From IMG/VR virus record IMGVR_UViG_3300031413_000569: a DNA stretch of 64,000 bases. One strand, written 5' to 3'. How positions within the stretch are numbered: the first letter of the stretch is position 1; each line of letters begins with the position of its first letter. The stretch comes from a virus. The notes below the pieces were generated by a model. That model worked only from the letters and a program-made list of their open reading frames with translations. It was not told the origin of the DNA and searched no databases. Below are positions 9,172 through 17,880 of this stretch, piece after piece. The position numbers and the translations under genes were made by a program.

Positions 9172-12105
9172 TTAGCTGATAAACTTACGACGACCAACTA
9201 ATACACCAGCACCAGCCAACAAAGCAAGTACAGCAATACCAGCTAAGCCAGCTACGTTTGTACCAGTGTAAGCCAAGTTATCTGGCTGAGTGTTAGCAGT
9301 TGCATCATTCTCACAGCCGATGCCGTCACCGTCACCATCAAGGTTACGGTCAGAAGTTTCGATGTTGAACTGACCTGCAGCAGCAGCTGCGTCACAGTTA
9401 GCATAAGTGGTACCGTTTACAACAAGACCACCGTTGTCAGCTGGAACAACTACTCCACCGCCGTCAACGTCGCCGTTGTCGCCGTCACCAGGAACAACTC
9501 CGCCGTTGTCGCCATCACCAGGAACTACTCCGCCGTCACCATCTCCATCACCAGGGGTGGTAGGTGGTACGTAAGTGTAGCTGTCAGGAAGTGTGGTGCT
9601 TCCGCCATCAGCACCAACAACAGTGATGTCAACAGTGTCTACACCAGAAGGAGCTGTTGCGGTGATTGTAGTGTCAGAAACAACAGTTACGTTAGTTCCA
9701 GGAGTACTTCCGAAGGATACCCCATCAGCACCAGTGAAACCAGTACCAATGATGGTAACAACAGTTCCACCAGCTTCAGGACCCTGGTTAGGAGTTACTG
9801 ATTCAATAGTTGGACCTGGGAGGTAAGTGAAGTTGCCTTCAGCTACAGCGTCACCGTTTACAGTACCTACGACTGTCAATGGAACAGACCCTGTTCCACC
9901 AGGTGAAGTCACTCTGATTTCATTGTCAGAAACAACAGTCAAATCGCTACCTGGAGCGTCACCGAACAAGACTTCAGTAGCACCAGTGAAACCGCCGCCA
10001 ATGATTGTTACTTCGGTTCCACCAACTTCAGGACCTCTTACAGGAGAGAACTCAACAACAACAGTTTCGTCATCAGCAATGTAAGTGAATACATCATCAG
10101 AAACAACGTCTCCATCATCAGTTCCTACAACAGTGAGGTTCACTGCACCTGTGCCGGCAGGAGAAACTGCAAGAATTTCGGTGTCAGAAACAACAGTTAC
10201 TTCAGTAGCAGAAGTATCACCAAACAGAACATCAGTAGCTTCGAGGAAGCCTGTACCTGTAATGGTTACTTCAGTTCCACCAACTTCAGGACCAACGATA
10301 GGTTCGAAGTCGAAGATTGCAGCTGGAACAACAGCTGGAATATAAGTAAATACTCCGTCAGAAACAGCATCACCGAACTGGGTTCCAGTAACTGTGAGGT
10401 TTACTGCACCTGTCCCAGCAGGAGCGACTGCAAGGATTTCGGTGTCAGAAACAACAGTTACTTCAGTAGCAGAAGTATCACCGAACAGAACGTCAGTAGC
10501 ACCAGTAAAGCCAGTACCTGTGATGGTTACTTCAGTTCCACCAGCTTCAGGACCTTCAATAGGAGTGAAGCCAGTTACAACAGTGTCAGGGTTTGCTGGG
10601 TCTGGACCTAATGCATTTGGTCCAACACTTGCCTGAGCAACATTCAGGCTCAGAACGTTACCTGCTACATCAGTAGCACCTAACAAGTTCACACGAAGAG
10701 CAGTCTCAGTGAATACACCATCAACTGCTTCTTGGTTGTTGACAGTCAAAGAAAGAACTGAGCTAAGTACATCGCTCAAGTCAGGGTAAATTGCACGGAC
10801 TGGAGCCAACAAAGGAGTAGCATCTAACTGTAACTCGTCAAGACCAGTAACAGCAGCTTGGACAGCTAAGTCAATTAAGTCTGCATCACCAGCAAGAACG
10901 TCGATTAATGTTGTTCCAGAAGCGATGTCAGCTAAAGTACCGTTGATGTTTACATTCAACAAGTCAGCATCTCCAGCAACAGGGTTAGCAACAACCAAGT
11001 TCACGTTCAGTACTGCAGCGTCAAGAGCAACAGCAACTGCTTCGTTTACTTCATCAACAAGACCTGTAACTAATTCATCCACTTCATCAGTAATGAGGTT
11101 CAAAACTTCAGCGGAAAGAAGTTCACTGTTAGCAGGAAGGTCGTTCAAGCTCTGACCATTAGCAGCTAACAATGCTTCAATGTCTACAGTGATGTTTCCT
11201 GTAGCAAGGTCAATAGTAACAGGACCTTCAGCACCGAGTACTTGGTTAGCAGCTAATACTGTGTCTACAGTACCAGCCAAGTCAACATCCAAAGATGCTT
11301 CACTGGTGGTAACAAGACCTGTGTCATCAACTAAGTCAGTCAGACCTGTCAAAAGTGAACCATCTGGTCCTACTACAGCATCAACCTGGTCGTTTAGAGG
11401 ACCAGTTGCAGCTGAAAGGTTGCCGCTCAAACCTGCTAAGGTTTGGCTGTTCAGTACCAGGTTAGCTCCTGCCAGCTGGTACTGACCAACTGCAGCTCCA
11501 TCTGCAGTTTCAGAAGCAGAAGCTGTTCCAGCGCCTACTTCAAGAGTAAGTCCTGCAAATTCGTCAGCGAATTCTGGACCGACTAAATCTGTCAAATCTA
11601 ATCTCAGTGGCCCTGGAGGGTTAGCTGAATCTGGAGCCAGTCCGATTGTGCCATCGCTGTTCACAGTTCCAACAATTGCACGTGAGTTGCCTTCAGGTGA
11701 TGCTTGAGCGTACTGCCCTAACACTCCTGCATCAGCTAACTCTAATGGGATTTGAACACCGTTAGGTGCCTGCAATGTGACAACATCACCCAAAACGCTA
11801 AGGTTTAGGTTATTGCTTTCTACAGTATCTTCCGAATCTCCAAATAGGGCTCGGGCTTGTGTTCCTTGTAGCTCAGCGACGTTATCCAGGGAAGTGCCTA
11901 ACAAGTTACCAGACAGGTAACGTGCTGAAGCTTGTGAATATCCTGGGTCAGCCAAAGCTGGTGAAGCGATTAGTAGCGTTCCTGAAACGCCAAGTGTTGC
12001 TGCAGTGAGACCTGCAAGTACACGGCTTGAGTTCTTCGCGTTGAAGATACCTCTCCGTGGTAAAGTGCTGCTTTTTGAGTCAGCGAACTTATTCTCAGTA
12101 GACAT
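9172..12105 (-). CDS. Cell-wall-anchored surface protein: signal peptide, choice-of-anchor-G-like N-domain, 4 IPT/TIG repeats, Gly/Asp repeats, excalibur Ca-binding domain, LAYTG sorting signal
   Basis: P..GP..GGT.VTI.G.GF repeated four times; YANC...NLDGDGDGIGCE; LAYTG + TM helix + basic tail. Confidence 0.88.
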   Translation of the reverse strand: MSTENKFADSKSSTLPRRGIFNAKNSSRVLAGLTAATLGVSGTLLIASPALADPGYSQASARYLSGNLLGTSLDNVAELQGTQARALFGDSEDTVESNNLNLSVLGDVVTLQAPNGVQIPLELADAGVLGQYAQASPEGNSRAIVGTVNSDGTIGLAPDSANPPGPLRLDLTDLVGPEFADEFAGLTLEVGAGTASASETADGAAVGQYQLAGANLVLNSQTLAGLSGNLSAATGPLNDQVDAVVGPDGSLLTGLTDLVDDTGLVTTSEASLDVDLAGTVDTVLAANQVLGAEGPVTIDLATGNITVDIEALLAANGQSLNDLPANSELLSAEVLNLITDEVDELVTGLVDEVNEAVAVALDAAVLNVNLVVANPVAGDADLLNVNINGTLADIASGTTLIDVLAGDADLIDLAVQAAVTGLDELQLDATPLLAPVRAIYPDLSDVLSSVLSLTVNNQEAVDGVFTETALRVNLLGATDVAGNVLSLNVAQASVGPNALGPDPANPDTVVTGFTPIEGPEAGGTEVTITGTGFTGATDVLFGDTSATEVTVVSDTEILAVAPAGTGAVNLTVTGTQFGDAVSDGVFTYIPAVVPAAIFDFEPIVGPEVGGTEVTITGTGFLEATDVLFGDTSATEVTVVSDTEILAVSPAGTGAVNLTVVGTDDGDVVSDDVFTYIADDETVVVEFSPVRGPEVGGTEVTIIGGGFTGATEVLFGDAPGSDLTVVSDNEIRVTSPGGTGSVPLTVVGTVNGDAVAEGNFTYLPGPTIESVTPNQGPEAGGTVVTIIGTGFTGADGVSFGSTPGTNVTVVSDTTITATAPSGVDTVDITVVGADGGSTTLPDSYTYVPPTTPGDGDGDGGVVPGDGDNGGVVPGDGDNGDVDGGGVVVPADNGGLVVNGTTYANCDAAAAAGQFNIETSDRNLDGDGDGIGCENDATANTQPDNLAYTGTNVAGLAGIAVLALLAGAGVLVGRRKFIS
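9571..10582 (-). repeat. Four tandem IPT/TIG coding repeats (about 260 bp each)
   Basis: Near-identical DNA blocks such as gaaacaacagttacttcagtagcagaagtatcacc at about 10.19 and 10.45 kb. Confidence 0.85.
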
Positions 12106-12203
12106 GTGTTACCCTTCGTTTAGTGCCCTTTAACGAGTTTGTTCATACTTTCTGATGTGCTATTTAGTTGTAAGACCTGCTTTCGTCTTAGTCTTGGGGT
12201 CGT

Positions 12204-12209
12204 TATCGG
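12204..12209 (-). promoter_or_regulatory. CCGATA element
   Basis: TCCGATAA about 99 nt before start 12105. Confidence 0.5.
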
Positions 12210-12290
12210 ATGTTAAACGTAAAAAACGCACATCCCGCAACATTTTTTAAAAAGATAAACATTTTGCGAACAACCTAGACGTTTGTACCT

Positions 12291-13082
12291 CTAAAGGGTT
12301 ACAAGAATTTTCGCTTTCATAATAGAGTGAGCATCGTCAACAGCCTGTTTTGCTTCTGCTGGTAGAAAATCAGCATAAGGTAAGCTACTGGCTTTATCAT
12401 CGGCAATCAAATACTCCATAATCTTCTGGAATACCTTTTCGGTTTCCGATTCAGGAAACTTGTGTCTGTTAGATCGAGTATAAATTTCCAATAACACTGC
12501 ATTGAAACGCGTCTCAAAAGAAGGCAAGACTAAATCGTTCCATGCTTTCTCTATTTTCTCCACCGTAACAAAATATGAAGCATAGTGTTGGTTGAAGAAC
12601 CGTACAGAAACACCTTGAGGCCCTGTTGCTTCTCTCAAATCAATGGTTTCTTCCCACGCCGTAATTCTATCTTTCCATTCAGTTTGGCTCATCTTTTGCA
12701 ACTGCGAGTCAGAACTATTCCAGTAGGAATAGTCTTCTACAACTCCTTCAATGTTAGCAAAACTACGAACGACTGAAACAGGCATGTTATAAAGAATCGC
12801 ATACGTCTCGTCACGAACATGGTTCCTAAAGAACACCACTTGTGATTTGAAGTAACGAACCAAGAAAGAATCTTTATCCTTTTGAGCATCTTTGATAACT
12901 TGATTCAAAATATCTCGAAAAGAGACATTCTCACTGATGTCATACTTTTTGAGAGCCTCAGCAACATAGTCCTCATAGATTACCTTGTTGAGCTCTGGAA
13001 CTAAGGCAATTCGCATTCGCTGAACAAACTCGAAAAAGTCATTGTTGTCAAGTTTGTAAGCAGGACTGATGTTTATGGACAT
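12291..13082 (-). CDS. Hypothetical protein (263 aa)
   Basis: Long ORF with DYSYWNSSD....S..EW..R...W motif; function unknown. Confidence 0.8.
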   Translation of the reverse strand: MSINISPAYKLDNNDFFEFVQRMRIALVPELNKVIYEDYVAEALKKYDISENVSFRDILNQVIKDAQKDKDSFLVRYFKSQVVFFRNHVRDETYAILYNMPVSVVRSFANIEGVVEDYSYWNSSDSQLQKMSQTEWKDRITAWEETIDLREATGPQGVSVRFFNQHYASYFVTVEKIEKAWNDLVLPSFETRFNAVLLEIYTRSNRHKFPESETEKVFQKIMEYLIADDKASSLPYADFLPAEAKQAVDDAHSIMKAKILVTL

Positions 13083-13129
13083 TCGTTTATTTTACCAGAG
13101 AGAAGGTAAACACCAAGTTTACCGTTACA

Positions 13130-13174
13130 AAGAGGAAGAGCCACCAAGTGTAATGCTTAGTGGCTCTTCCTCTT
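13130..13174. terminator. Intrinsic terminator after dnaE
   Basis: aagaggaagagccac...gtggctcttcctctt. Confidence 0.85.
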
Positions 13175-13179
13175 ATAGC

Positions 13180-16100
13180 TTAGCTGCTTTGTGTTCCAGC
13201 TCGGGCTCTCCAACGACCAATCGCTGTCATACCGAACAGCTCTCTAATCTCAGAAGTCAACAGAGTCGAAGGCTTTACCTTGATGGGTAACGTCTCTTCT
13301 TCTACCGAACCATCATAATTTCGAATGCTGACAATTACATCAGTTCCATCACTATTCTTACCTTCGTGAATTTGCATTCGAAGCAGAAGCTCCCCCTCGC
13401 CTTTATCCCATTGGTCTCGTGTTACTTTGACACGAACAGGCATGTTTCCTGAAGAAGCGAACTCCAATGGACGAATCATGTTGACGATGAAGGAGAAACC
13501 TTCACCCCGCTTCTGTGGATAACCAGACAGCGCATACAAACCATCAACTTTCATGAAAGAACCAAACTCCAAGAAAGTGTTCGAGAACATTACAAACTCG
13601 ATAACTCCAGTTCGGTCTTCAAGAGTTCCAGCTCCGAACATTTTGCCAGCTTTAGTCTGACGTGCAGCAAAGCTTGGAACAATACCAGCAATTGTGATGT
13701 TTGGTTCTTTACCCCGAGGAGCAAAACCTTCTACCGCTGGAACATTACCTATAAGGATTTCTCCAATTCTGGTAGAAGAAATAGACTCAAGATTCAACCC
13801 ATCAAGAGGATGACCTGAAACATACAATCCTAACATTTGACGTTCGAATTGCAGTTTTTCCATGTTAGGGAACTCTGGAGCAGGAACCAGGTCATATTTA
13901 GGCTTCAAGTCTTCTTCGAAGTCCATACCATCGAACAAGGAACCACCCATTGTTTCCTGTTTAGCTTTCAGCCGGTTTGCTTTTTGGTACTCTTTCAGAA
14001 CATTTTCCAGTGAATCAATGACAGATTTTCTGGTGTAGCCCATACGGTCAAAACCACCGCCATAACCTAAGGCTTCGAACACTCGTTTGTTGACAATAGT
14101 TCGAGGCAAACGGTTTAGTACATCTGAGAAGTCGGCAAAGGGACCAGCAACTTCACGCTCTTCAACAATCAAGTCAGAAACAGCATCAGAGATACCCTTG
14201 ATGGCTTTCAACCCGAAAAGAACTTCAGTGTCGTTCAATGGGAAGTAGTCACGCTGTGAGTTGTTGATGTCAGGTGGTAATACCTTCAAACCGTTATTCT
14301 TGGCATCTTCCAGGTAAAGAGCAGTCTTTTCTGTTGAGTCAGCAACGGAAGTGAGAAGAGCTGCCATGTACTCTGGAGTGAAGTTTGCTTTCAGGTAAGC
14401 AGTGATGTAGGACATGTAACCATAGCCGACACTGTGAGATTTGTTGAACGCATAGTCAGCGAATGGCAGTACAGTGTTCCAAAGTTCTTCGATAGCTGCT
14501 TTGCTGTATCCACGTTCGGTGGCTCCTTCATTGAAACGAGTCCACTGGAAGTCCATCTCAGCTTTTTTCTTCTTACCCATAGCACGACGCAGAAGGTCAG
14601 CTTCACCAAGAGAATAACCAGCGACCACCTGAGCAATTTTCATAATCTGCTCCTGATACACGATAAGCCCGTAAGTTTCCTCCAGGATAGGCTTCAAAGC
14701 AGTAGTCAAGTCTGGATGGATGTAGGACACATCCTGAAGTCCGTTTTTACGCAAAGCATAATCAGTGTGAGCATTCACACCCATAGGCCCTGGACGGTAC
14801 AACGCAAGCACAGCAGAGATGTCTTCGAAGCTTGTAGGCTTCATCAGTTTCAGCAGGTCACGCATTGGACCACCGTCAAGCTGAAAGATACCCAAAGTGT
14901 TACCTTTAGCCAGCATGGCAAAAGTAGTAGGGTCATCCATGTCGTTCTTCTTCAAAGCATCCATATCAATATCGATGCCTCGACGTTGCTTGATAAGAGC
15001 CAAGCAGTCAGCAACGATACCTAAGTTACGAAGACCTAAGAAGTCCATCTTAAGAAGACCAATATCTTCACAAGAAGGATACTCCCACTGAGCAATAAGA
15101 GTGTTGTCATTCTGACGCATTTCCAACGGCACAGTCAAAGTCAGAGGTTTACCTGAAATCAAAACAGCACAAGCATGGACACCAGTGGAACGGGTTCTAC
15201 CTTCAAGTTTCAAAGCAGAATCGATAACTCCTTGAGCTCCCAGTTCCTGAACCTTTTTACGGAAGCTGTCAGCCTCTTCGTAACGTTCTGACCCTGAATC
15301 ATAGATGTCGTGAAGCTTCATTGACTTACCGAAGATGTCTGGTGGATAAGCTTTGGTAAGTTCGTTACTTGTGGAGTAAGGGAATTCGTAAATTCGAGCT
15401 TCGTCTTTGATAGAGTTCTTACCCTTGATTCCACCGAAAGTAACAACCTGAGCAACCTGCTCGTAACCATATTTGTTCACAGCGTATTGGTACACCTGGT
15501 CGCGGTAACGGTCGTCAAAGTCGAGGTCAACGTCAGGAGGACTGTCACGCTCTGGGTTCAGGAATCGTTCGAACAAGAGACCGTGTTTGATAGGGTCAAC
15601 GTCAGTGATGAACATAGTGAACGCCAGGAATGAACCTCCAGCGGAACCACGACCGGAACCTACGGAAATACCATTGTTACGTGCCCAGATACACAAGTCA
15701 GCTGTAACTAAGAAGTAGTTTACGTAGTTCTTAGAAATGATGACGTTGAGTTCCAGCTCAAGCTGGTCAATGTATTTCTGGTCATCATACTTTTCAGGCA
15801 GACGCTCTTTGAACCCTTTGTAGGCAAGGTATCTGATGTATTCCATTTCATCTGCGACATCATCAGGAAGAGGGAAGTGTGGACGTAAGTCATCACGGTA
15901 AGCGATGCTGACATCACAACGTTCAGCAATGACTAAAGTGTTGGTGATGGCGTTTTTGAACTGTTCATCAGGGAACAGTCTTCGCATTTCTGCAGAAGAC
16001 TTGACATAGTAGTTAGCTCCTTCGAAGGCGAAACGCTTGCCTCCTCTGTGGTCTGGTAATTCTGACATCACTGAGTTAGTCTGAATTGCCAGCATCTCTT

Positions 16101-16809
16101 CATGAGAATCGCAGTCCTCTTTACGAGAGTAATGGATGTCGTTAGTCGCTACCAGTTCAAGCTGGAGGATGTCTGCAATTTTCAACAGGTCCTCACGCAC
16201 AGAACGTTCCAAGTCGATGGTCATGTCATGGTCCATGAGTTCAACATAGACATTTTCCCTGCCCATGATGTCTACAAGCTGAGCTGCGAAAGCCAAAGCC
16301 TGCTGGAACTGACCTAAACGTAGTCGAGTTTGAATTTCGCCAGAAGGACAACCGGTTGTAACGATGAGGCCCTCAGAATGGTCTGCAAGCATTTCCAGAC
16401 TCATTCGAGGTTTACGGAAGAACCCCTCTGTTGAAGCACGAAGGTTCAACTTGAAAAGGTTAGCCAGTCCTGTGTTATTCTCAGCAAGAATGGTCAAATG
16501 AGTATAAGCACCCTTACCAGCAATGTCTCCACGACCGCCATCACTGAAGAAAACAGCTTCTTTGGCGCCATGAGTTGTGGTGGAAGGAGTGAAGTAAGCT
16601 TCAATACCAGCAATGAATTTAATACCAGCAGCTTTGGCGGCTTGATATCCATTGTACAGACCTGTGAGCTTACCATGGTCAGTGAAAGCAATAGCCGGCT
16701 GGCCCAACCGTGCTGCTTCGCTGATTGTTTCTTTGGCCGTTCCGAAACCATCTAAAAGAGAGGCATCGGTATGAGTGTGCAAATGCACAAATTCATCAAT
16801 TGTAGTCAT
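13180..16809 (-). CDS. dnaE: DNA polymerase III alpha subunit (DnaE1-like, intact PHP domain, no intein)
   Basis: HLHTH..SLLDG, TDHG, TNDIHY, GRGSAGGS, RFLNPER.SPPDVDLDF, KMDFLGL, YAFNKSH, C-terminal OB fold. Confidence 0.97.
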   Translation of the reverse strand: MTTIDEFVHLHTHTDASLLDGFGTAKETISEAARLGQPAIAFTDHGKLTGLYNGYQAAKAAGIKFIAGIEAYFTPSTTTHGAKEAVFFSDGGRGDIAGKGAYTHLTILAENNTGLANLFKLNLRASTEGFFRKPRMSLEMLADHSEGLIVTTGCPSGEIQTRLRLGQFQQALAFAAQLVDIMGRENVYVELMDHDMTIDLERSVREDLLKIADILQLELVATNDIHYSRKEDCDSHEEMLAIQTNSVMSELPDHRGGKRFAFEGANYYVKSSAEMRRLFPDEQFKNAITNTLVIAERCDVSIAYRDDLRPHFPLPDDVADEMEYIRYLAYKGFKERLPEKYDDQKYIDQLELELNVIISKNYVNYFLVTADLCIWARNNGISVGSGRGSAGGSFLAFTMFITDVDPIKHGLLFERFLNPERDSPPDVDLDFDDRYRDQVYQYAVNKYGYEQVAQVVTFGGIKGKNSIKDEARIYEFPYSTSNELTKAYPPDIFGKSMKLHDIYDSGSERYEEADSFRKKVQELGAQGVIDSALKLEGRTRSTGVHACAVLISGKPLTLTVPLEMRQNDNTLIAQWEYPSCEDIGLLKMDFLGLRNLGIVADCLALIKQRRGIDIDMDALKKNDMDDPTTFAMLAKGNTLGIFQLDGGPMRDLLKLMKPTSFEDISAVLALYRPGPMGVNAHTDYALRKNGLQDVSYIHPDLTTALKPILEETYGLIVYQEQIMKIAQVVAGYSLGEADLLRRAMGKKKKAEMDFQWTRFNEGATERGYSKAAIEELWNTVLPFADYAFNKSHSVGYGYMSYITAYLKANFTPEYMAALLTSVADSTEKTALYLEDAKNNGLKVLPPDINNSQRDYFPLNDTEVLFGLKAIKGISDAVSDLIVEEREVAGPFADFSDVLNRLPRTIVNKRVFEALGYGGGFDRMGYTRKSVIDSLENVLKEYQKANRLKAKQETMGGSLFDGMDFEEDLKPKYDLVPAPEFPNMEKLQFERQMLGLYVSGHPLDGLNLESISSTRIGEILIGNVPAVEGFAPRGKEPNITIAGIVPSFAARQTKAGKMFGAGTLEDRTGVIEFVMFSNTFLEFGSFMKVDGLYALSGYPQKRGEGFSFIVNMIRPLEFASSGNMPVRVKVTRDQWDKGEGELLLRMQIHEGKNSDGTDVIVSIRNYDGSVEEETLPIKVKPSTLLTSEIRELFGMTAIGRWRARAGTQSS

Positions 16810-16819
16810 TTTTTCCTTT

Positions 16820-16882
16820 TGTGGAAACTAAGGAAGGGAATCTTCCTGTCTCGTTCCTGCGCTTCTCGCAGTCAGTTCCACA
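16820..16882 (-). ncRNA. Candidate structured 5' leader of dnaE (three-way junction)
   Basis: P1 UGUGGAACU/AGUUUCCACA, P2 CUGCG/CGCAG, P3 AGGAAG/CUUCCU, directly before the RBS. Confidence 0.45.
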
Positions 16883-16897
16883 TTGTTTGTAGTTTAT

Positions 16898-16906
16898 ATA
16901 GTACCA
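16898..16906 (-). promoter_or_regulatory. Extended -10 promoter for dnaE
   Basis: TG-G-TACTAT just upstream of the structured leader. Confidence 0.5.
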
Positions 16907-17015
16907 GTTTCTCGAAAGTTGCCAGAGAAACAAACAGCCGTCATAGGGGCGACTGCGGGAGTTAATATCAGCTTAAAATGTCCAAAAATGGGCTCAGAAA
17001 TCATCCATCTTTAAA

Positions 17016-17073
17016 AACATGTAGGGGTTTGTTTCACCATAGTTATATTTGGTGAAACAAACCCCTACATGTT
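17016..17073. terminator. Long perfect hairpin ending the Ter operon
   Basis: 24-bp perfect arms aacatgtaggggtttgtttcacca / tggtgaaacaaacccctacatgtt, 10-nt loop. Confidence 0.85.
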
Positions 17074-17082
17074 GTGTTCAGG

Positions 17083-17880
17083 TTATTTTTTGATAGTGTT
17101 TACGACAAAATCAAGCATCTCTTCAGAAGCGTCGATACCCTCTCGGGTGGTTCTGAACACATTCTTTTCAGCTGGCGGAACATCCCCGTGGATAGGGTTT
17201 AAGAAATAGTCCACTTCAGGAATCATAGTGAAATCAAGAAGCGAATCACCTGCTCCGAAAGTCATTGTTGAACCCCAACGAGTGATAAGTTCACGGACTG
17301 CTCGCCCTTTGCTGACAGTAGCAGGAACGAGGTAAGTTTTGCGTCCCTGCTTGGAACGAACAAATCCGGTGAGTTCTGCGATTTCTTTTGTAACTGCATC
17401 CACATAAGGTGAGTCTGAACTCTGAGCAACAACATAGTTGAATAACTGGTCAGCATCTCTTAGAGTTTTCACCTCATCGCAGCCTTCCAGCTTCTCCTGG
17501 AGAAGGTTCAGAACCTCCAGAGGAAGGTAATTGTGGGCGGCTACTCCCGCAGCAACCTCACGGCTCCAGTCCATGTCTTCTTTACCGTCAATGATGATTT
17601 GGGCACCATTGAGAACCACTGCAGCTTTGATATCTACTGCAGGGAAGAAAATTCGTTTGTACTGGTCGAAAGTTCTTGTGGTTGTCGGAACGAAATCAAA
17701 CAAGTTGCCAGCGTTTGTTGCTAACTGCTGCCAGGTTTCCAGTTTGACAAAACTCAGAGGCATATCCTGATATTCTTCCGCCACAAACCGTCCGGCAGAA
17801 GACTGTCCTCTTTTATGAAGCTGGCTCAACGAGTAAATCAGGGTTACATCAAGGTCTGAGAATAAAGCAGGTACACTCAT
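17083..17880 (-). CDS. HAD-superfamily hydrolase (Ter-associated)
   Basis: FSDLDVTL (DxD), PTTTRT, SKGRAV, GAGDSLLD. Confidence 0.88.
   Translation of the reverse strand: MSVPALFSDLDVTLIYSLSQLHKRGQSSAGRFVAEEYQDMPLSFVKLETWQQLATNAGNLFDFVPTTTRTFDQYKRIFFPAVDIKAAVVLNGAQIIIDGKEDMDWSREVAAGVAAHNYLPLEVLNLLQEKLEGCDEVKTLRDADQLFNYVVAQSSDSPYVDAVTKEIAELTGFVRSKQGRKTYLVPATVSKGRAVRELITRWGSTMTFGAGDSLLDFTMIPEVDYFLNPIHGDVPPAEKNVFRTTREGIDASEEMLDFVVNTIKK

Noticed and set aside
9593-10636. Four similar plus-strand ORFs resembling a repeat array
   Set aside because: Antisense of the IPT/TIG coding repeats; not CRISPR, since there are no unique spacers
13180-16809. Intein or split dnaE
   Set aside because: Normal length, continuous motifs, no splicing or LAGLIDADG blocks
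16820-16882. Hammerhead ribozyme
   Set aside because: Three-stem layout, but the core reads CUGACUG and GAAC rather than CUGAnGA and GAAA
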